32,000 nt of DNA from Planctopirus limnophila DSM 3776 (GTDB taxonomy: Bacteria; Planctomycetota; Planctomycetia; Planctomycetales; Planctomycetaceae), in assembly GCF_000092105.1 (NCBI RefSeq), contig NC_014148.1, positions 5,100,001 through 5,132,000 on the forward strand, given 5' to 3'. The position numbers were made by a program, and so were the translations under genes. The stretch's first letter is position 1. Every line of letters begins with the position of its first letter. The notes under the pieces were generated by a model, which ran no database searches, was not told the DNA's origin, and was given only the letters and a program-made list of their open reading frames with translations. Of this stretch, positions 23,199-32,000 are shown piece after piece.

Positions 23199-23639
23199 AT
23201 GACAGCTGCAACGATGGACCATACAGGACACGGGCATGACGCACACGGTCATGACGGCCACGCGCATCATGGGGACGCGCATCATGGGCACGGGCACTAC
23301 CCAGGTGTGCCCAGTTACTCGCACATCATGCCGCTGTGGATTCTGTTTGCCGTCTTCGCCTCCCTGATCGCTCTGACAGCTCTCACTGTCGCGCTATCGG
23401 GAGTTGCCCTGGGGACCGCAGAAATCTTCGTCTCGATGGGGATTGCCACCATCAAGGCACTTCTCGTCGCGGTTTACTTCATGCATATGCGGCACGATAA
23501 ACCTTTGAACGTGTTGATCTGCACCTTCTCACTGGTCTTCGTGGCTCTCTTCATCGGTCTGCTCCTCTTTGACTCGATGGAATATTATCCCAACATTGCG
23601 GCCCGCACTTATGTGGAAATGCTGGACAAGGCCAAATAA
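23199..23639 (+). CDS. ctaF: Prokaryotic cytochrome oxidase subunit IV family protein (COX4_pro-like) with a His-rich N-terminal extension
   Basis: Three TM helices with IATIKALLVAVYFMHMRHD, characteristic of CtaF/CyoD-type subunit IV. It follows ctaE. The N-terminal roughly 35 aa are mostly H/G/D/A. Confidence 0.78.
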   Translation: MTAATMDHTGHGHDAHGHDGHAHHGDAHHGHGHYPGVPSYSHIMPLWILFAVFASLIALTALTVALSGVALGTAEIFVSMGIATIKALLVAVYFMHMRHDKPLNVLICTFSLVFVALFIGLLLFDSMEYYPNIAARTYVEMLDKAK

Positions 23640-23666
23640 GTCCCACGGGAGTGATCTTCGTTCACG

Positions 23667-23710
23667 AAAAGAGCCTATGGCTGGTTAAAGTCATAGGCTC
23701 TTTTGATTTA
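23667..23710 (+). terminator. Rho-independent terminator ending the ACIII/caa3 transcription unit
   Basis: AAAAGAGCCTATG (23667-23679) pairs perfectly with CATAGGCTCTTTT (23692-23704) around a 12-nt loop, followed by TTTTGATTT. It starts 28 nt after the ctaF stop. Confidence 0.75.
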
Positions 23711-23847
23711 TTGTCAGTGCTGTAGACGGATCGCAGGACGACAGTGGCTTCAAGTTATAGAATCTGTAGTGATGGAAATTATCAGTTGATTGTCCAAGCG
23801 GCGACGATCATTCTTCCATGATCAGCCGAAAGGGTTGAGAGCCTGCC

Positions 23848-24411
23848 ATGCCTGCCCGACGTGTCATAGTGCAGGTAGAGATTGGTGTCTACCTGATGAT
23901 TGCCTCTTTGGCGATCTTCTTTATCAGTGGGATTGCGGCATTTGTGATCGTTCGCAATCGCCTGCCTGAAACTGCCACCGATTCTGGCGATTTTCCCATC
24001 GGGCTGTGGATCTCGACGGCGTTTCTACTGGCAGGGAGTGTTTCGATTCAGAAAGCACTTTCGGCCGTCAAACGCGAGAGACAAAAGCCCTTTCGGCAGT
24101 GGCTCATCGCGGCTGGGGTTATGGGCACACTGTTTCTCATCTCACAAACCATCAGCCTCTGGCAATTGCTTGAAATCCACTGGCAGGTACTGAAGGAAAC
24201 CCGCATCTGGGGGTTTCTATTCCTGCTCATCCTGTTGCATGCCGTCCATTTTGTGGCGGGTCTGGGTGTGCTGTACGCCGTGATCTACTACAGCCTCAAA
24301 GGACGCTTCGATCATGAGTACTACAGCAGTGTGAAAATGACTGCTGTTTATTGGCATTTTCTCGATGTGGTGTGGATTGCCATGCTGATCATGTTCCTCA
24401 TGACCACCTGA
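23848..24411 (+). CDS. Short CoxIII/NorE-like membrane protein (heme-copper oxidase subunit III family paralog)
   Basis: 187 aa with about 5 TM helices. The C-terminal AVYWHFLDVVWIAMLIMF matches the subunit III YWHFVDVVW signature. It lacks the HHF N-terminal motif. It lies after the terminator with its own spacer of about 140 bp. Confidence 0.75.
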   Translation: MPARRVIVQVEIGVYLMIASLAIFFISGIAAFVIVRNRLPETATDSGDFPIGLWISTAFLLAGSVSIQKALSAVKRERQKPFRQWLIAAGVMGTLFLISQTISLWQLLEIHWQVLKETRIWGFLFLLILLHAVHFVAGLGVLYAVIYYSLKGRFDHEYYSSVKMTAVYWHFLDVVWIAMLIMFLMTT

Positions 24412-24588
24412 TCGCCTCGCCTTGCCTCAGTGTGGAAGAGCGAGTTTTTCAGAAAGGTGCACTCTACTGATTTCTGTTTCTGCCTGTTAGCATTTTCATG
24501 CGAGTGGCACACCGGTTCGAATCTTCCAGCTGCTGTCGTGCCCATCAGTTTAATGTTCTTGGTACACGTTCTCATGCAGGGACAGGCG

Positions 24589-26190
24589 ATGTCAGCAGAA
24601 TTGTCGATCACACCTCAGGCGGAATTGTGGGCCAGGTACAGTGCAGGCCTGTATCGCAACGAAGAGTTGGGATTCTCGCTCGATCTCAGTCGAGTCAATA
24701 TGAGTCCTTCCGAGCAGTCGGCGATTGCCGAAATGTTCCCCATGGCATTCAGCGCCATGGCACAACTTGAAGCGGGGTCAATTGCCAACAAAGACGAGGG
24801 CCGCATGGTGGGCCACTACTGGCTGCGTGCCCCGCAACTGGCTCCAACTCCCGAGTTGGAAGCAGATATTCTCCAGGCCATTTTCGATGTGAACGCCTTC
24901 TGCCAGGCTGTGCATGCGGGCGAAGTTACTGGCAGTGGTGGCAAATTTACCAATGTGCTGCTGATTGGAATTGGCGGGTCAGCCCTGGGGCCACAATTCA
25001 TTGCGACAGCCCTTGCCAGCAGTCACGACAAACTCCACATGTCTTTCTTTGATAACACGGATCCTGATGGCATTGATCTGGTGCTGTCGTCACTGGCCAG
25101 CTGCCTGGCGACCACGCTGGTGGTGGTCGTTTCCAAATCCGGGGGAACACCTGAAACTCGCAATGGGATGCTGGAAGCCCAGGCGGCTTTCCAAGCGGCT
25201 GGAATTCCCTTTGCGCCCCAGGCTGTGGCAATCACCCAGGCCGGAAGCAAACTCGATCAGACGGCACAAAGCGAAGGCTGGCTGAAGACCTTCCCCATGT
25301 GGGACTGGGTGGGCGGACGAACGTCTGTCATGTCCACTGTGGGGCTGGTTCCCGCTGCACTCCAGGGGCTCGATATCGACAGCCTTCTCGAAGGTGCCGG
25401 GCAGATGGATTCACTCACACGAGTTCCGCAGGTCAAAGAGAATCCCGCCGCACATCTGGCGATGGCCTGGTATCACTGCGGACAGGGCCGAGGGAGCAAA
25501 GACATGGTGCTCCTCCCCTATAAAGACCGGCTGGCACTTTTCAGCAAGTATCTGCAGCAGCTCGTCATGGAGTCTCTCGGCAAAGAACTCGATCGAAAAG
25601 GCCAGAAGGTCAACCAAGGCATTGCCGTTTACGGCAACAAAGGCTCAACCGATCAGCACGCTTACGTGCAGCAGTTGCGAGATGGCCTGAATAACTTCTT
25701 CGCAACGTTTATTGAGGTTCTCAAAGATCGCCAGGGAGATTCGATCGAAGTCGATGCGGGTGTTACCTCGGGAGATTACCTCTACGGGTTCTATGCCGGA
25801 ACCCGCAAAGCTTTGTATGAAAGTGGACGTGATTCGATCACGATTACTGTCAACGAGGTCAATGCGCACTCGGTCGGAGCGTTGATCGCTTTGTATGAGC
25901 GGGCTGTAGGCCTGTATGCCGAACTGGTGAATATCAACGCCTATCATCAGCCAGGTGTCGAAGCTGGCAAGAAAGCTGCTGCCCAGATTCTAGCCCTGCA
26001 GAGTCAGGCGGTCGAAGTGGTTGTCAGCAATAAAGCTTCACTCACCGCCGATGAAGTGGCCAAGCTGGCGAATGCCTCAGATGTCGAATCGATTTATGGC
26101 ATCCTGCGACATCTTGCGGCCAATCCTTCACGTGGAATCGTCCGGCAGCCAGGCAAAACCCCTGCTGAGGATCGCTTCGGTAAACTGTAA
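24589..26190 (+). CDS. pgi: Glucose-6-phosphate isomerase
   Basis: Motifs [49 protein letters not shown] and [13 protein letters not shown] are typical PGI. The ATG at 24589 (MSAELSI...) is preferred over the track start at 24430, whose first 53 aa look non-coding. Confidence 0.92.
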   Translation: MSAELSITPQAELWARYSAGLYRNEELGFSLDLSRVNMSPSEQSAIAEMFPMAFSAMAQLEAGSIANKDEGRMVGHYWLRAPQLAPTPELEADILQAIFDVNAFCQAVHAGEVTGSGGKFTNVLLIGIGGSALGPQFIATALASSHDKLHMSFFDNTDPDGIDLVLSSLASCLATTLVVVVSKSGGTPETRNGMLEAQAAFQAAGIPFAPQAVAITQAGSKLDQTAQSEGWLKTFPMWDWVGGRTSVMSTVGLVPAALQGLDIDSLLEGAGQMDSLTRVPQVKENPAAHLAMAWYHCGQGRGSKDMVLLPYKDRLALFSKYLQQLVMESLGKELDRKGQKVNQGIAVYGNKGSTDQHAYVQQLRDGLNNFFATFIEVLKDRQGDSIEVDAGVTSGDYLYGFYAGTRKALYESGRDSITITVNEVNAHSVGALIALYERAVGLYAELVNINAYHQPGVEAGKKAAAQILALQSQAVEVVVSNKASLTADEVAKLANASDVESIYGILRHLAANPSRGIVRQPGKTPAEDRFGKL

Positions 26191-26413
26191 GCCTTTTTCA
26201 AGAATCTCAAATGAGGCAGATGAGTCATTCTCAACCGATGATCTCTCATTGGCCTTGCAAGACGTTCAAGGAATCATGCCTGCAACAAAGTCAAAGTGAT
26301 GTGCATGTTGGGCATCACTCTTCTAAAATCTGATAAATGCCGGTCTCATCGTGACAGTCCATTTGAGAACCAGCGACTGAAAACCTCATTGAGTGATTGA
26401 GAATTACGGGATT

Positions 26414-27649
26414 ATGGCTTACGTCAACGACAATTATCTGAAGCTCAAGGCTGGTTACCTGTTTCCCGAGATTGGCCGTCGTGTCTCCAAATTTGCCAAG
26501 GAAAATCCTCAGGCAAAGGTCATTCGTATGGGAATCGGCGATGTCACCGAGCCATTGCCCGCCGCCTGTATCTCCGCCATGCACAAAGCTGTTGATGAAA
26601 TGGCGAGCCGGGAAACATTTCGAGGGTACGGCCCCGAACAAGGCTTTGATTTCCTGCGAGAAGCGATTGCTAAACATGACTTTCAGTCACGTGGTGCCCA
26701 GGTTCAGGCCGACGAAGTTTTTGTTTCTGATGGTTCGAAGTGTGATACGGGCAACATTCTCGACATTCTTGGCAAGTCGAATGTGATTGCCGTGACCGAT
26801 CCTGTTTATCCGGTCTATGTCGATACCAACGTCATGGCAGGCCATACAGGCGAAGCAGATGCTGGTGGTCGTTATGCCGGTCTGGTTTATCTGCCGATGA
26901 CTGAGGCCAATCAGTTCGTACCGGCCCTTCCTGAGCAGAAGGTCGATATTGTCTACCTGTGCTCGCCGAATAATCCGACGGGTATGGCTGCTTCGCGATC
27001 AGCACTGGAGAAGTGGGTCGATTACGCCCGCAAGAACGAAGCCATTATCTTCTTTGATGCCGCTTATGAAGCATTTATCACCGAAGCCGATGTGCCTCAC
27101 TCGATTTTCGAGATCGAAGGAGCTCGCGAATGTGCCATCGAGTTTCGCAGCTTCAGTAAGACGGCCGGTTTCACCGGAACCCGTTGTGCCTTTACCGTCG
27201 TTCCCAAAGGTTTAACGGCCCGCACATCGACTGGTGAAAAGGTGGAACTCCACGGCCTCTGGAATCGCCGCCACACCACAAAATTCAATGGTGTCTCGTA
27301 CATTGTTCAGCGGGGTGCCGAAGCTGTCTATACTCCTGAGGGACAATCGCAGGTGCGGCAGCTTGTCGAGTTCTATCTCGAAAATGCCCGTCTCATGTGT
27401 GCTGGTCTTAAGCAGGCCGGGCTGACCGTTTATGGCGGTGTGAATGCCCCTTACGTCTGGTTGAAAACACCGAATGGACTCAGCAGTTGGGACTTCTTCG
27501 ATCAATTGTTGTCGAAGGCACATCTGGTCGGTACGCCGGGCTCTGGCTTTGGTGCCTCCGGTGAAGGTTACTTCCGCCTAAGTGCCTTTAACAGCCGGGC
27601 CAATGTGCTGGAAGCGATTGAACGCGTCAACAAGTTTGTGCAAGGATAG
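26414..27649 (+). CDS. dapL: LL-diaminopimelate aminotransferase
   Basis: [24 protein letters not shown]...[13 protein letters not shown] is the hallmark DapL N-terminus. [13 protein letters not shown] carries the PLP-lysine motif. 411 aa from the ATG at 26414. Confidence 0.92.
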   Translation: MAYVNDNYLKLKAGYLFPEIGRRVSKFAKENPQAKVIRMGIGDVTEPLPAACISAMHKAVDEMASRETFRGYGPEQGFDFLREAIAKHDFQSRGAQVQADEVFVSDGSKCDTGNILDILGKSNVIAVTDPVYPVYVDTNVMAGHTGEADAGGRYAGLVYLPMTEANQFVPALPEQKVDIVYLCSPNNPTGMAASRSALEKWVDYARKNEAIIFFDAAYEAFITEADVPHSIFEIEGARECAIEFRSFSKTAGFTGTRCAFTVVPKGLTARTSTGEKVELHGLWNRRHTTKFNGVSYIVQRGAEAVYTPEGQSQVRQLVEFYLENARLMCAGLKQAGLTVYGGVNAPYVWLKTPNGLSSWDFFDQLLSKAHLVGTPGSGFGASGEGYFRLSAFNSRANVLEAIERVNKFVQG

Positions 27650-27654
27650 CCAGG

Positions 27655-28587
27655 ATGACCGTTTTGACGACTCCAAACGCTCTGCCGTCGACCAATCTGC
27701 GTTCTTTATACGCCAGCGGACAGTTTGCCCTGTCGATCGAGATCTTTCCGCCGAAAACGGCTGAAGGTGATGCTGCTCTCAGGCAGGCACTGCAGGAGTT
27801 TTCCACTTACAACCCGGCTTTTGTTTCGTGTACTTACGGAGCCGGTGGTTCGACTCGAAGCCGGACACTCGACTGGTGCCGTGAGATTATCGATCGGGTG
27901 GGTGTAGCACCGACGGCTCACTTTACCTGTGTGGGAAGCAACAGTGACGAACTGATTGACTGGCTCGGTCAGGCATGGCAACTGGGCGTGCGGAACATCA
28001 TGGCTTTGCGTGGAGATGTTCCTCAAGGCGAAACTGAATTCAAGGCTGTGGAAGGAGGATTCAGCCACGCCCGCCAGCTTGTGGAACTCATTCGAAAAGA
28101 GTTTCCCGAGATGGGAATTGGCGTAGCCGGCTATCCCGAAAAACATCCTGAAGCCGTCTCGCTGGAAACAGATATCGCCTTCCTGAAAGAAAAGATTACC
28201 GTCGGTGGTCATGCCGTTTTTACGCAGCTGTTTTACGACAATGAAACTTTCTATCGCTACTGGGAAATGTGCCTCAAGCAGGGCATTGATGCACCGATCA
28301 TCCCGGGAGTCATGCCGATCACTGAGTATTCCCGGGTGAAGCGTATTGTCGAAATCAGCGGCACCAAAGTTCCTGCTGAACTGCTTGAACAGCTGGAAGC
28401 TGCACATCTCCGCGATGACAAAGCCGCCCAACTGGAAATCGGGATCGAGTATTCCGTGCAGCAATGTCAGGATCTGATCGATCATGGCGTCCCGGGCCTG
28501 CACTTTTATGTGCTCAATAAAGCCCATGCCACCAGCCAGATTCTCCAGTCCCTTGGTCTCAAAAATTCAGAGATCACCACGGGCTGA
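27655..28587 (+). CDS. metF: 5,10-methylenetetrahydrofolate reductase
   Basis: 310 aa. SIEIFPPKT, VSCTYGAGGSTR, TAHFTC, NIMALRGD, TQLFYD and LHFYVLN are canonical MetF motifs. It starts 5 nt after the dapL stop. Confidence 0.92.
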   Translation: MTVLTTPNALPSTNLRSLYASGQFALSIEIFPPKTAEGDAALRQALQEFSTYNPAFVSCTYGAGGSTRSRTLDWCREIIDRVGVAPTAHFTCVGSNSDELIDWLGQAWQLGVRNIMALRGDVPQGETEFKAVEGGFSHARQLVELIRKEFPEMGIGVAGYPEKHPEAVSLETDIAFLKEKITVGGHAVFTQLFYDNETFYRYWEMCLKQGIDAPIIPGVMPITEYSRVKRIVEISGTKVPAELLEQLEAAHLRDDKAAQLEIGIEYSVQQCQDLIDHGVPGLHFYVLNKAHATSQILQSLGLKNSEITTG

Positions 28588-28681
28588 TCATGGCTTGAAA
28601 CCTGGAGTCATCCAAGAAGCAGCTGATTTTGTTGAGCGTGGGTTTGATCGAAGTTTATCTCCGGCCATTGGGCTCAAGTTG

Positions 28682-28716
28682 GAAGCAGATTAAGAGCCTT
28701 GCTTCCGAGAAGAAGT
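28682..28716. terminator. Weak hairpin in the convergent metF/GTPase gap; possible bidirectional terminator
   Basis: AAGAGCCTT (28682-28690) pairs with AAGGCTTTT (28708-28716) with one G-T wobble and a 17-nt loop. There are T-runs on the + side. Confidence 0.3.
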
Positions 28717-28796
28717 TAAGGCTTTTGCGCCGCCATTGAGTGTCGGCTCTGTTCTCACTGATCGAGTGCTGATCGCCACAAAATCCGTGCACCAGA

Positions 28797-30725
28797 CTAC
28801 AGACGATGTAACAGCTCATCGAGACTGGCAATTGTCTGCGAAAAGTCGATCCATGGCTTGGCATGAGCCAATTGGCTCGCTTGCCCCAGTCGCTCGTTGA
28901 GCTGGCCCAGTTCAGTTTTCGCCAGTGCCGCTTCATACCAGCGAATTCGTCGTTCCACAAATTTTTGATCGACCTGCAGCAGCCATCGCTGAAGCTGTTC
29001 GATCGACTGACCAGAGACAAATCGGGCCGCGACATCCGCTCCTCCCGCCACCCCCGCCGTGGCCGCAGCATCCACTGTCAGATGCATCACTCCCTGTGTG
29101 GCGACATCCACCAATCCGGGAACCAACATGATCGAAGCAAAGGTCACTCCCACGCGGCCAAAAGCGGCTACCTGATCCAACACCTGCAAAGTCAGCTTCA
29201 AGCCGGGCTGTGCTGCTAAAAACGCATGAAAGTCTTTTTCAACCAGCTCTTGAATTTCCTGGTGCAGGTCACATTGCTGATGCGATTCCTGCAACTCTTT
29301 CAGCACTTTCTCGCGGCCTGCACTCGATAGGACGGCTTTGAGTAGATGCTGGAATTCCTTGAGTTCTGCCCGTTCGGAAACCAGAGCCGTGGCTCGATCC
29401 ATTTCTTCAAACAGCCTGGCTGTCGCCAACGACATCACCTGCCATTCGTCTCTTCGATATTGTTCCACTGGCGAGGCAGGTTTGGCCGAGGATGACGTAA
29501 GCCATTTGGCGGGTGCGAGCAGTACTTCGCCCACTTTACCGTAACCCCAATGAATCCTTTGAATCAAAGGAGCCCGCTCCTGAGACCAGATCTTCCACAG
29601 GGTCTCGATGACGATTGGCCTGGGAGCCGCCGGCCAATTCAACCGCTGTCCATTCAGAGAGTTTTCCAGAATTGAGGCCAGATCCCGCAGTGATTCGGCT
29701 TTATTGCGAAACCCCGCCAGCCACTGACTGCTCCCCAGTACCACACTCTCCAGAGCTCCGCGAGTCGCACGCAGCTTCAGTTCACTGAAATGCAAATCGC
29801 TTAAAAGACGAACCAGCTGATTGCTTTCACTTCGACCGACCTCAATCTCACGCCCGTGGCCCATCGCCTGCTTAGAAAGTTCGCCGGCCAGTGGGATAAA
29901 CTCCAGCTTCAGTTCGCGCAACTGCCGCTTCTCTTTCGAACTATCGCGCGGGACAGCAAAGACAGCCAAAGGATTTACTTCGGTCTCTGCGATAAACGTT
30001 TTGAGCCATTGCTCCCAGGTCTTCTCAGGATCAGGCCAGTCGAGCTTGCTGAAGACCACAATCACGCTTTTCTTCTGGCGGGCTGCTTCTCGAAAAAACA
30101 TTTTGACGGCTGCGTCGTTGTACTTCTGATCGGTCAGGACACCAATCAAGACATCGCTCGCTTGACAGATCATCGAAGCCCGATGCAGATTCTCCGTCAC
30201 CACGCTGTCGATATCCGGCGTATCGAGCAGCAGAAGATTAGCGGGAAGGTGATTGCCAATCGTTGTGAACAGCAGATTGTCCGCATCGCCGAACCGCTGT
30301 GGGTTGGACTGGGCGGTACTGACTGTCAGCCGCTCTTGTTGCACCATCCGATTCTCAGGAAGAGCGGCCACCAGGAAGCCAGGAAAGATGGCGTTCAACG
30401 AAGCCGACTTAGCAAAATGAGTCGGCACCAGGCAGACCGGATACCGCGTAAATCCCGCATGAGGATTTGCTTCGCCAATCGCTTCGCCCGCCAGATGATT
30501 GAAAATGGTGGTTTTGCCGGTATTCGTCCCTCCCACAATCGACACCACCAAAAATGGTTCGCCGGTCAATTGTGGCAATAGTTTATTGCTCAACAGCCCA
30601 TACCATTCCGATTGTTGATACTGGTCGTCCGTTTCCAGCCGTTCGCGAGCGGCCTCTGCCACTGTTTCCAGTTGAATCGCAAAGACTCTCAGCTTCTCGC
30701 TCAGCGGTTGAAGTTCCAAACCCAT
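28797..30725 (-). CDS. Large P-loop GTPase, dynamin-like/bacterial dynamin-like architecture, function unknown
   Basis: 642 aa. G1 is GGTNTGKT (nt about 30507-30530), G3-like is LLLDTPDIDS, G4-like is SKLD. A long predicted helical region follows, plus a Gly/Ala/Val-rich hydrophobic segment (VAAFGRVGVTFASIMLVPGLVDVATQG...AATAGVAGGADVAA) that could be a membrane paddle. Confidence 0.8.
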   Translation of the reverse strand: MGLELQPLSEKLRVFAIQLETVAEAARERLETDDQYQQSEWYGLLSNKLLPQLTGEPFLVVSIVGGTNTGKTTIFNHLAGEAIGEANPHAGFTRYPVCLVPTHFAKSASLNAIFPGFLVAALPENRMVQQERLTVSTAQSNPQRFGDADNLLFTTIGNHLPANLLLLDTPDIDSVVTENLHRASMICQASDVLIGVLTDQKYNDAAVKMFFREAARQKKSVIVVFSKLDWPDPEKTWEQWLKTFIAETEVNPLAVFAVPRDSSKEKRQLRELKLEFIPLAGELSKQAMGHGREIEVGRSESNQLVRLLSDLHFSELKLRATRGALESVVLGSSQWLAGFRNKAESLRDLASILENSLNGQRLNWPAAPRPIVIETLWKIWSQERAPLIQRIHWGYGKVGEVLLAPAKWLTSSSAKPASPVEQYRRDEWQVMSLATARLFEEMDRATALVSERAELKEFQHLLKAVLSSAGREKVLKELQESHQQCDLHQEIQELVEKDFHAFLAAQPGLKLTLQVLDQVAAFGRVGVTFASIMLVPGLVDVATQGVMHLTVDAAATAGVAGGADVAARFVSGQSIEQLQRWLLQVDQKFVERRIRWYEAALAKTELGQLNERLGQASQLAHAKPWIDFSQTIASLDELLHRL

Positions 30726-31179
30726 GTCGATCCCGGAAATCGATGTCTGTTAATCGTTTCTGATGGGAGGCAGCTTCTCCCCAGTCATTAGATCTTCCCC
30801 AGAGACTCGATTCTGAACCATTCTCCGCTCAATTCCAAGTTGTCATCTTCTCGTACACCTGTCGAACCAGCTCCCCCAGGACACTGACGATGTGGCACAG
30901 CACTTCCTTCAGGAAAGTCTTCCCAACCCGCAAGCTTTACCTGTTGGGCCAAACTTGCCTTGTTCGCGTGTTGGTCAGTCAATGAAAAGTCTCTTCGAGA
31001 ATTCATCAGGTTGTTTCAAGTCTTTCTCATGACGAGTTACTTCTGAGGTTAAATTTTTGAATGTGACCAGGCACGCAGATGCTGTCTTCGGTTTTGAGTC
31101 ACAATGAGCAGTGAGTGGTTCTGTCTCGTTCCTGTTCATGAGATTCGGATGATCAATCGATTGAGGAATCGGTGAGGCT

Positions 31180-32000
31180 ATGCCATACGACGAGTTTCTG
31201 ACATCACTCATTCAGCAGGCGATGATGGAACTCCAGTCCCTTGTCCATCGGCGATTCCTGCACAGACAGACTCTCTGGGGGCTTGTCACGCCGCTGGTTT
31301 GTCTGGGTCTGTCGAACACCAGTCTGGCTCAGTATGAAATGGGTCCTCCTGCCAAAGGTGCTGGTCCCCATCACGCAGCTCAATACGGAACTGGCCCGTC
31401 GAGGGGTAACCCTTCTGCTCGACCTCCAGCGGCGGGATATTCTTATCAGGCGTGGCCTTATCGACAGTCTGCCCCTGCGATGCCTCCGCAGGGAAATCCC
31501 ACAGCACCTCAACGGGGTCTGTATCAGATCCAACCCCCTCCGGTGGATAGATCATCAAACCAGCCACCCTTCAATCAGCACTCCTCAGGAGCGAATTCAC
31601 GTCAACCAGGTGGCTATCAAATGGGTGGCTACCCACAGAACTCCTATGGGCCGGGCAACACTCCACCGGGGGCCTACGTTCATCCGCCTGCTGATCGAAG
31701 AAACACGCCGGGCTCGGCTGGATTACTGGGGCCTGGCCAATCTTCCAATCGTGATCTGCCCAGTCAACCGGCTGCAGCCGGAGCGACGTTGACACCCAAG
31801 TCGATGCGGGAACTTGATCCCAGGACTCATTCCCGACCGGCTGGATCACTGTCACCTTTTGGCAAGCCTTCGTCTGAGCCGCAAGAACCAGCGAATCCTG
31901 AGTTAGCCTTTCCCCAGGCAGCGCTGCAAGTGCAGCCCGTCATCAGTCAACTGGGGAGTCAGGGAACTTTACTCGTGCAGGTGCGGAATACAGGCGTGGC
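31180..32000 (+). CDS. Secreted P/Q/G/Y-rich low-complexity protein, 5' partial (continues past the window end); not in the supplied ORF track
   Basis: Hand translation of the frame starting at ATG 31180 (in-frame stop at 31162) shows no stop to nt 32000: MPYDEFLTSLIQQAMMELQSLVHRRFLHRQTLWGLVTPLVCLGLSNTSLA-QYEMGPPAKGAGPHH...GGYQMGGYPQNSYGPGNTPPGAY...LLVQVRNTGV. It has a signal-peptide-like segment; ATG 31222 is an alternative start. The competing track ORF 31241..31792 has an Arg/Leu-rich, implausible composition. Confidence 0.65.
   Translation, partial: MPYDEFLTSLIQQAMMELQSLVHRRFLHRQTLWGLVTPLVCLGLSNTSLAQYEMGPPAKGAGPHHAAQYGTGPSRGNPSARPPAAGYSYQAWPYRQSAPAMPPQGNPTAPQRGLYQIQPPPVDRSSNQPPFNQHSSGANSRQPGGYQMGGYPQNSYGPGNTPPGAYVHPPADRRNTPGSAGLLGPGQSSNRDLPSQPAAAGATLTPKSMRELDPRTHSRPAGSLSPFGKPSSEPQEPANPELAFPQAALQVQPVISQLGSQGTLLVQVRNTGV

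Noticed and set aside
26295-26319. 7-bp stem hairpin (AGTGATG-N11-CATCACT) about 100 nt after the pgi stop; a possible terminator.
   Set aside because: The stem is short and the downstream T-tract is poor. It is not distinguishable from chance.
30788-31211. Two small minus-strand ORFs (72 aa at 30788..31006; 78 aa at 30975..31211) upstream of the GTPase. They could in principle form a small operon with it.
   Set aside because: They have no motifs, overlap each other, and the second overlaps the start of the better-supported + strand gene at 31180. Coding cannot be supported from sequence alone; conservation analysis would be needed.

Overview
By eye this is a moderately GC-rich chromosomal segment. 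Several traits suggest Planctomycetota (PVC group), but this is inference, not a database match: long spacers inside operons, large secreted proteins with P/S/N/Q/G-rich low-complexity regions, LL-DAP aminotransferase, and an ACIII-caa3 respiratory cluster. The centre (about 8.95-24.4 kb, + strand) is one respiratory supercluster. It holds Alternative Complex III (actA, actB, actC, a fused actD-actE, actF), a small membrane ORF, a SCO1/SenC copper chaperone, a caa3-type cytochrome c oxidase (subunits II-cyt c, I, III, IV), a strong intrinsic terminator, and a separate short CoxIII/NorE-like gene. The left flank holds a TPR lipoprotein with a very long low-complexity tail, a DUF374/LPLAT-family protein, an orphan CoiA-like PD-(D/E)xK nuclease-fold protein, and on the minus strand a secreted glycoside-hydrolase-like protein followed by glgX. 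The right flank holds pgi, a dapL-metF pair, a minus-strand orphan dynamin-like P-loop GTPase, and a secreted low-complexity protein that runs off the window and is missing from the ORF track. I found no rRNA, tRNA, CRISPR array, transposase or integrase. I do not see a convincing self-contained novel multi-gene system; the region looks like core metabolism. The most unusual signals are: (i) acidic His-rich tracts added to six different polypeptides of the ACIII/oxidase cluster, including a roughly 90-aa insertion in subunit III; (ii) the ActD-ActE fusion; (iii) uncharacterised orphans (small TM ORF, nuclease-fold protein, GTPase, CoxIII-like paralog). All functional calls rest on motifs read from the translations; no searches were run.
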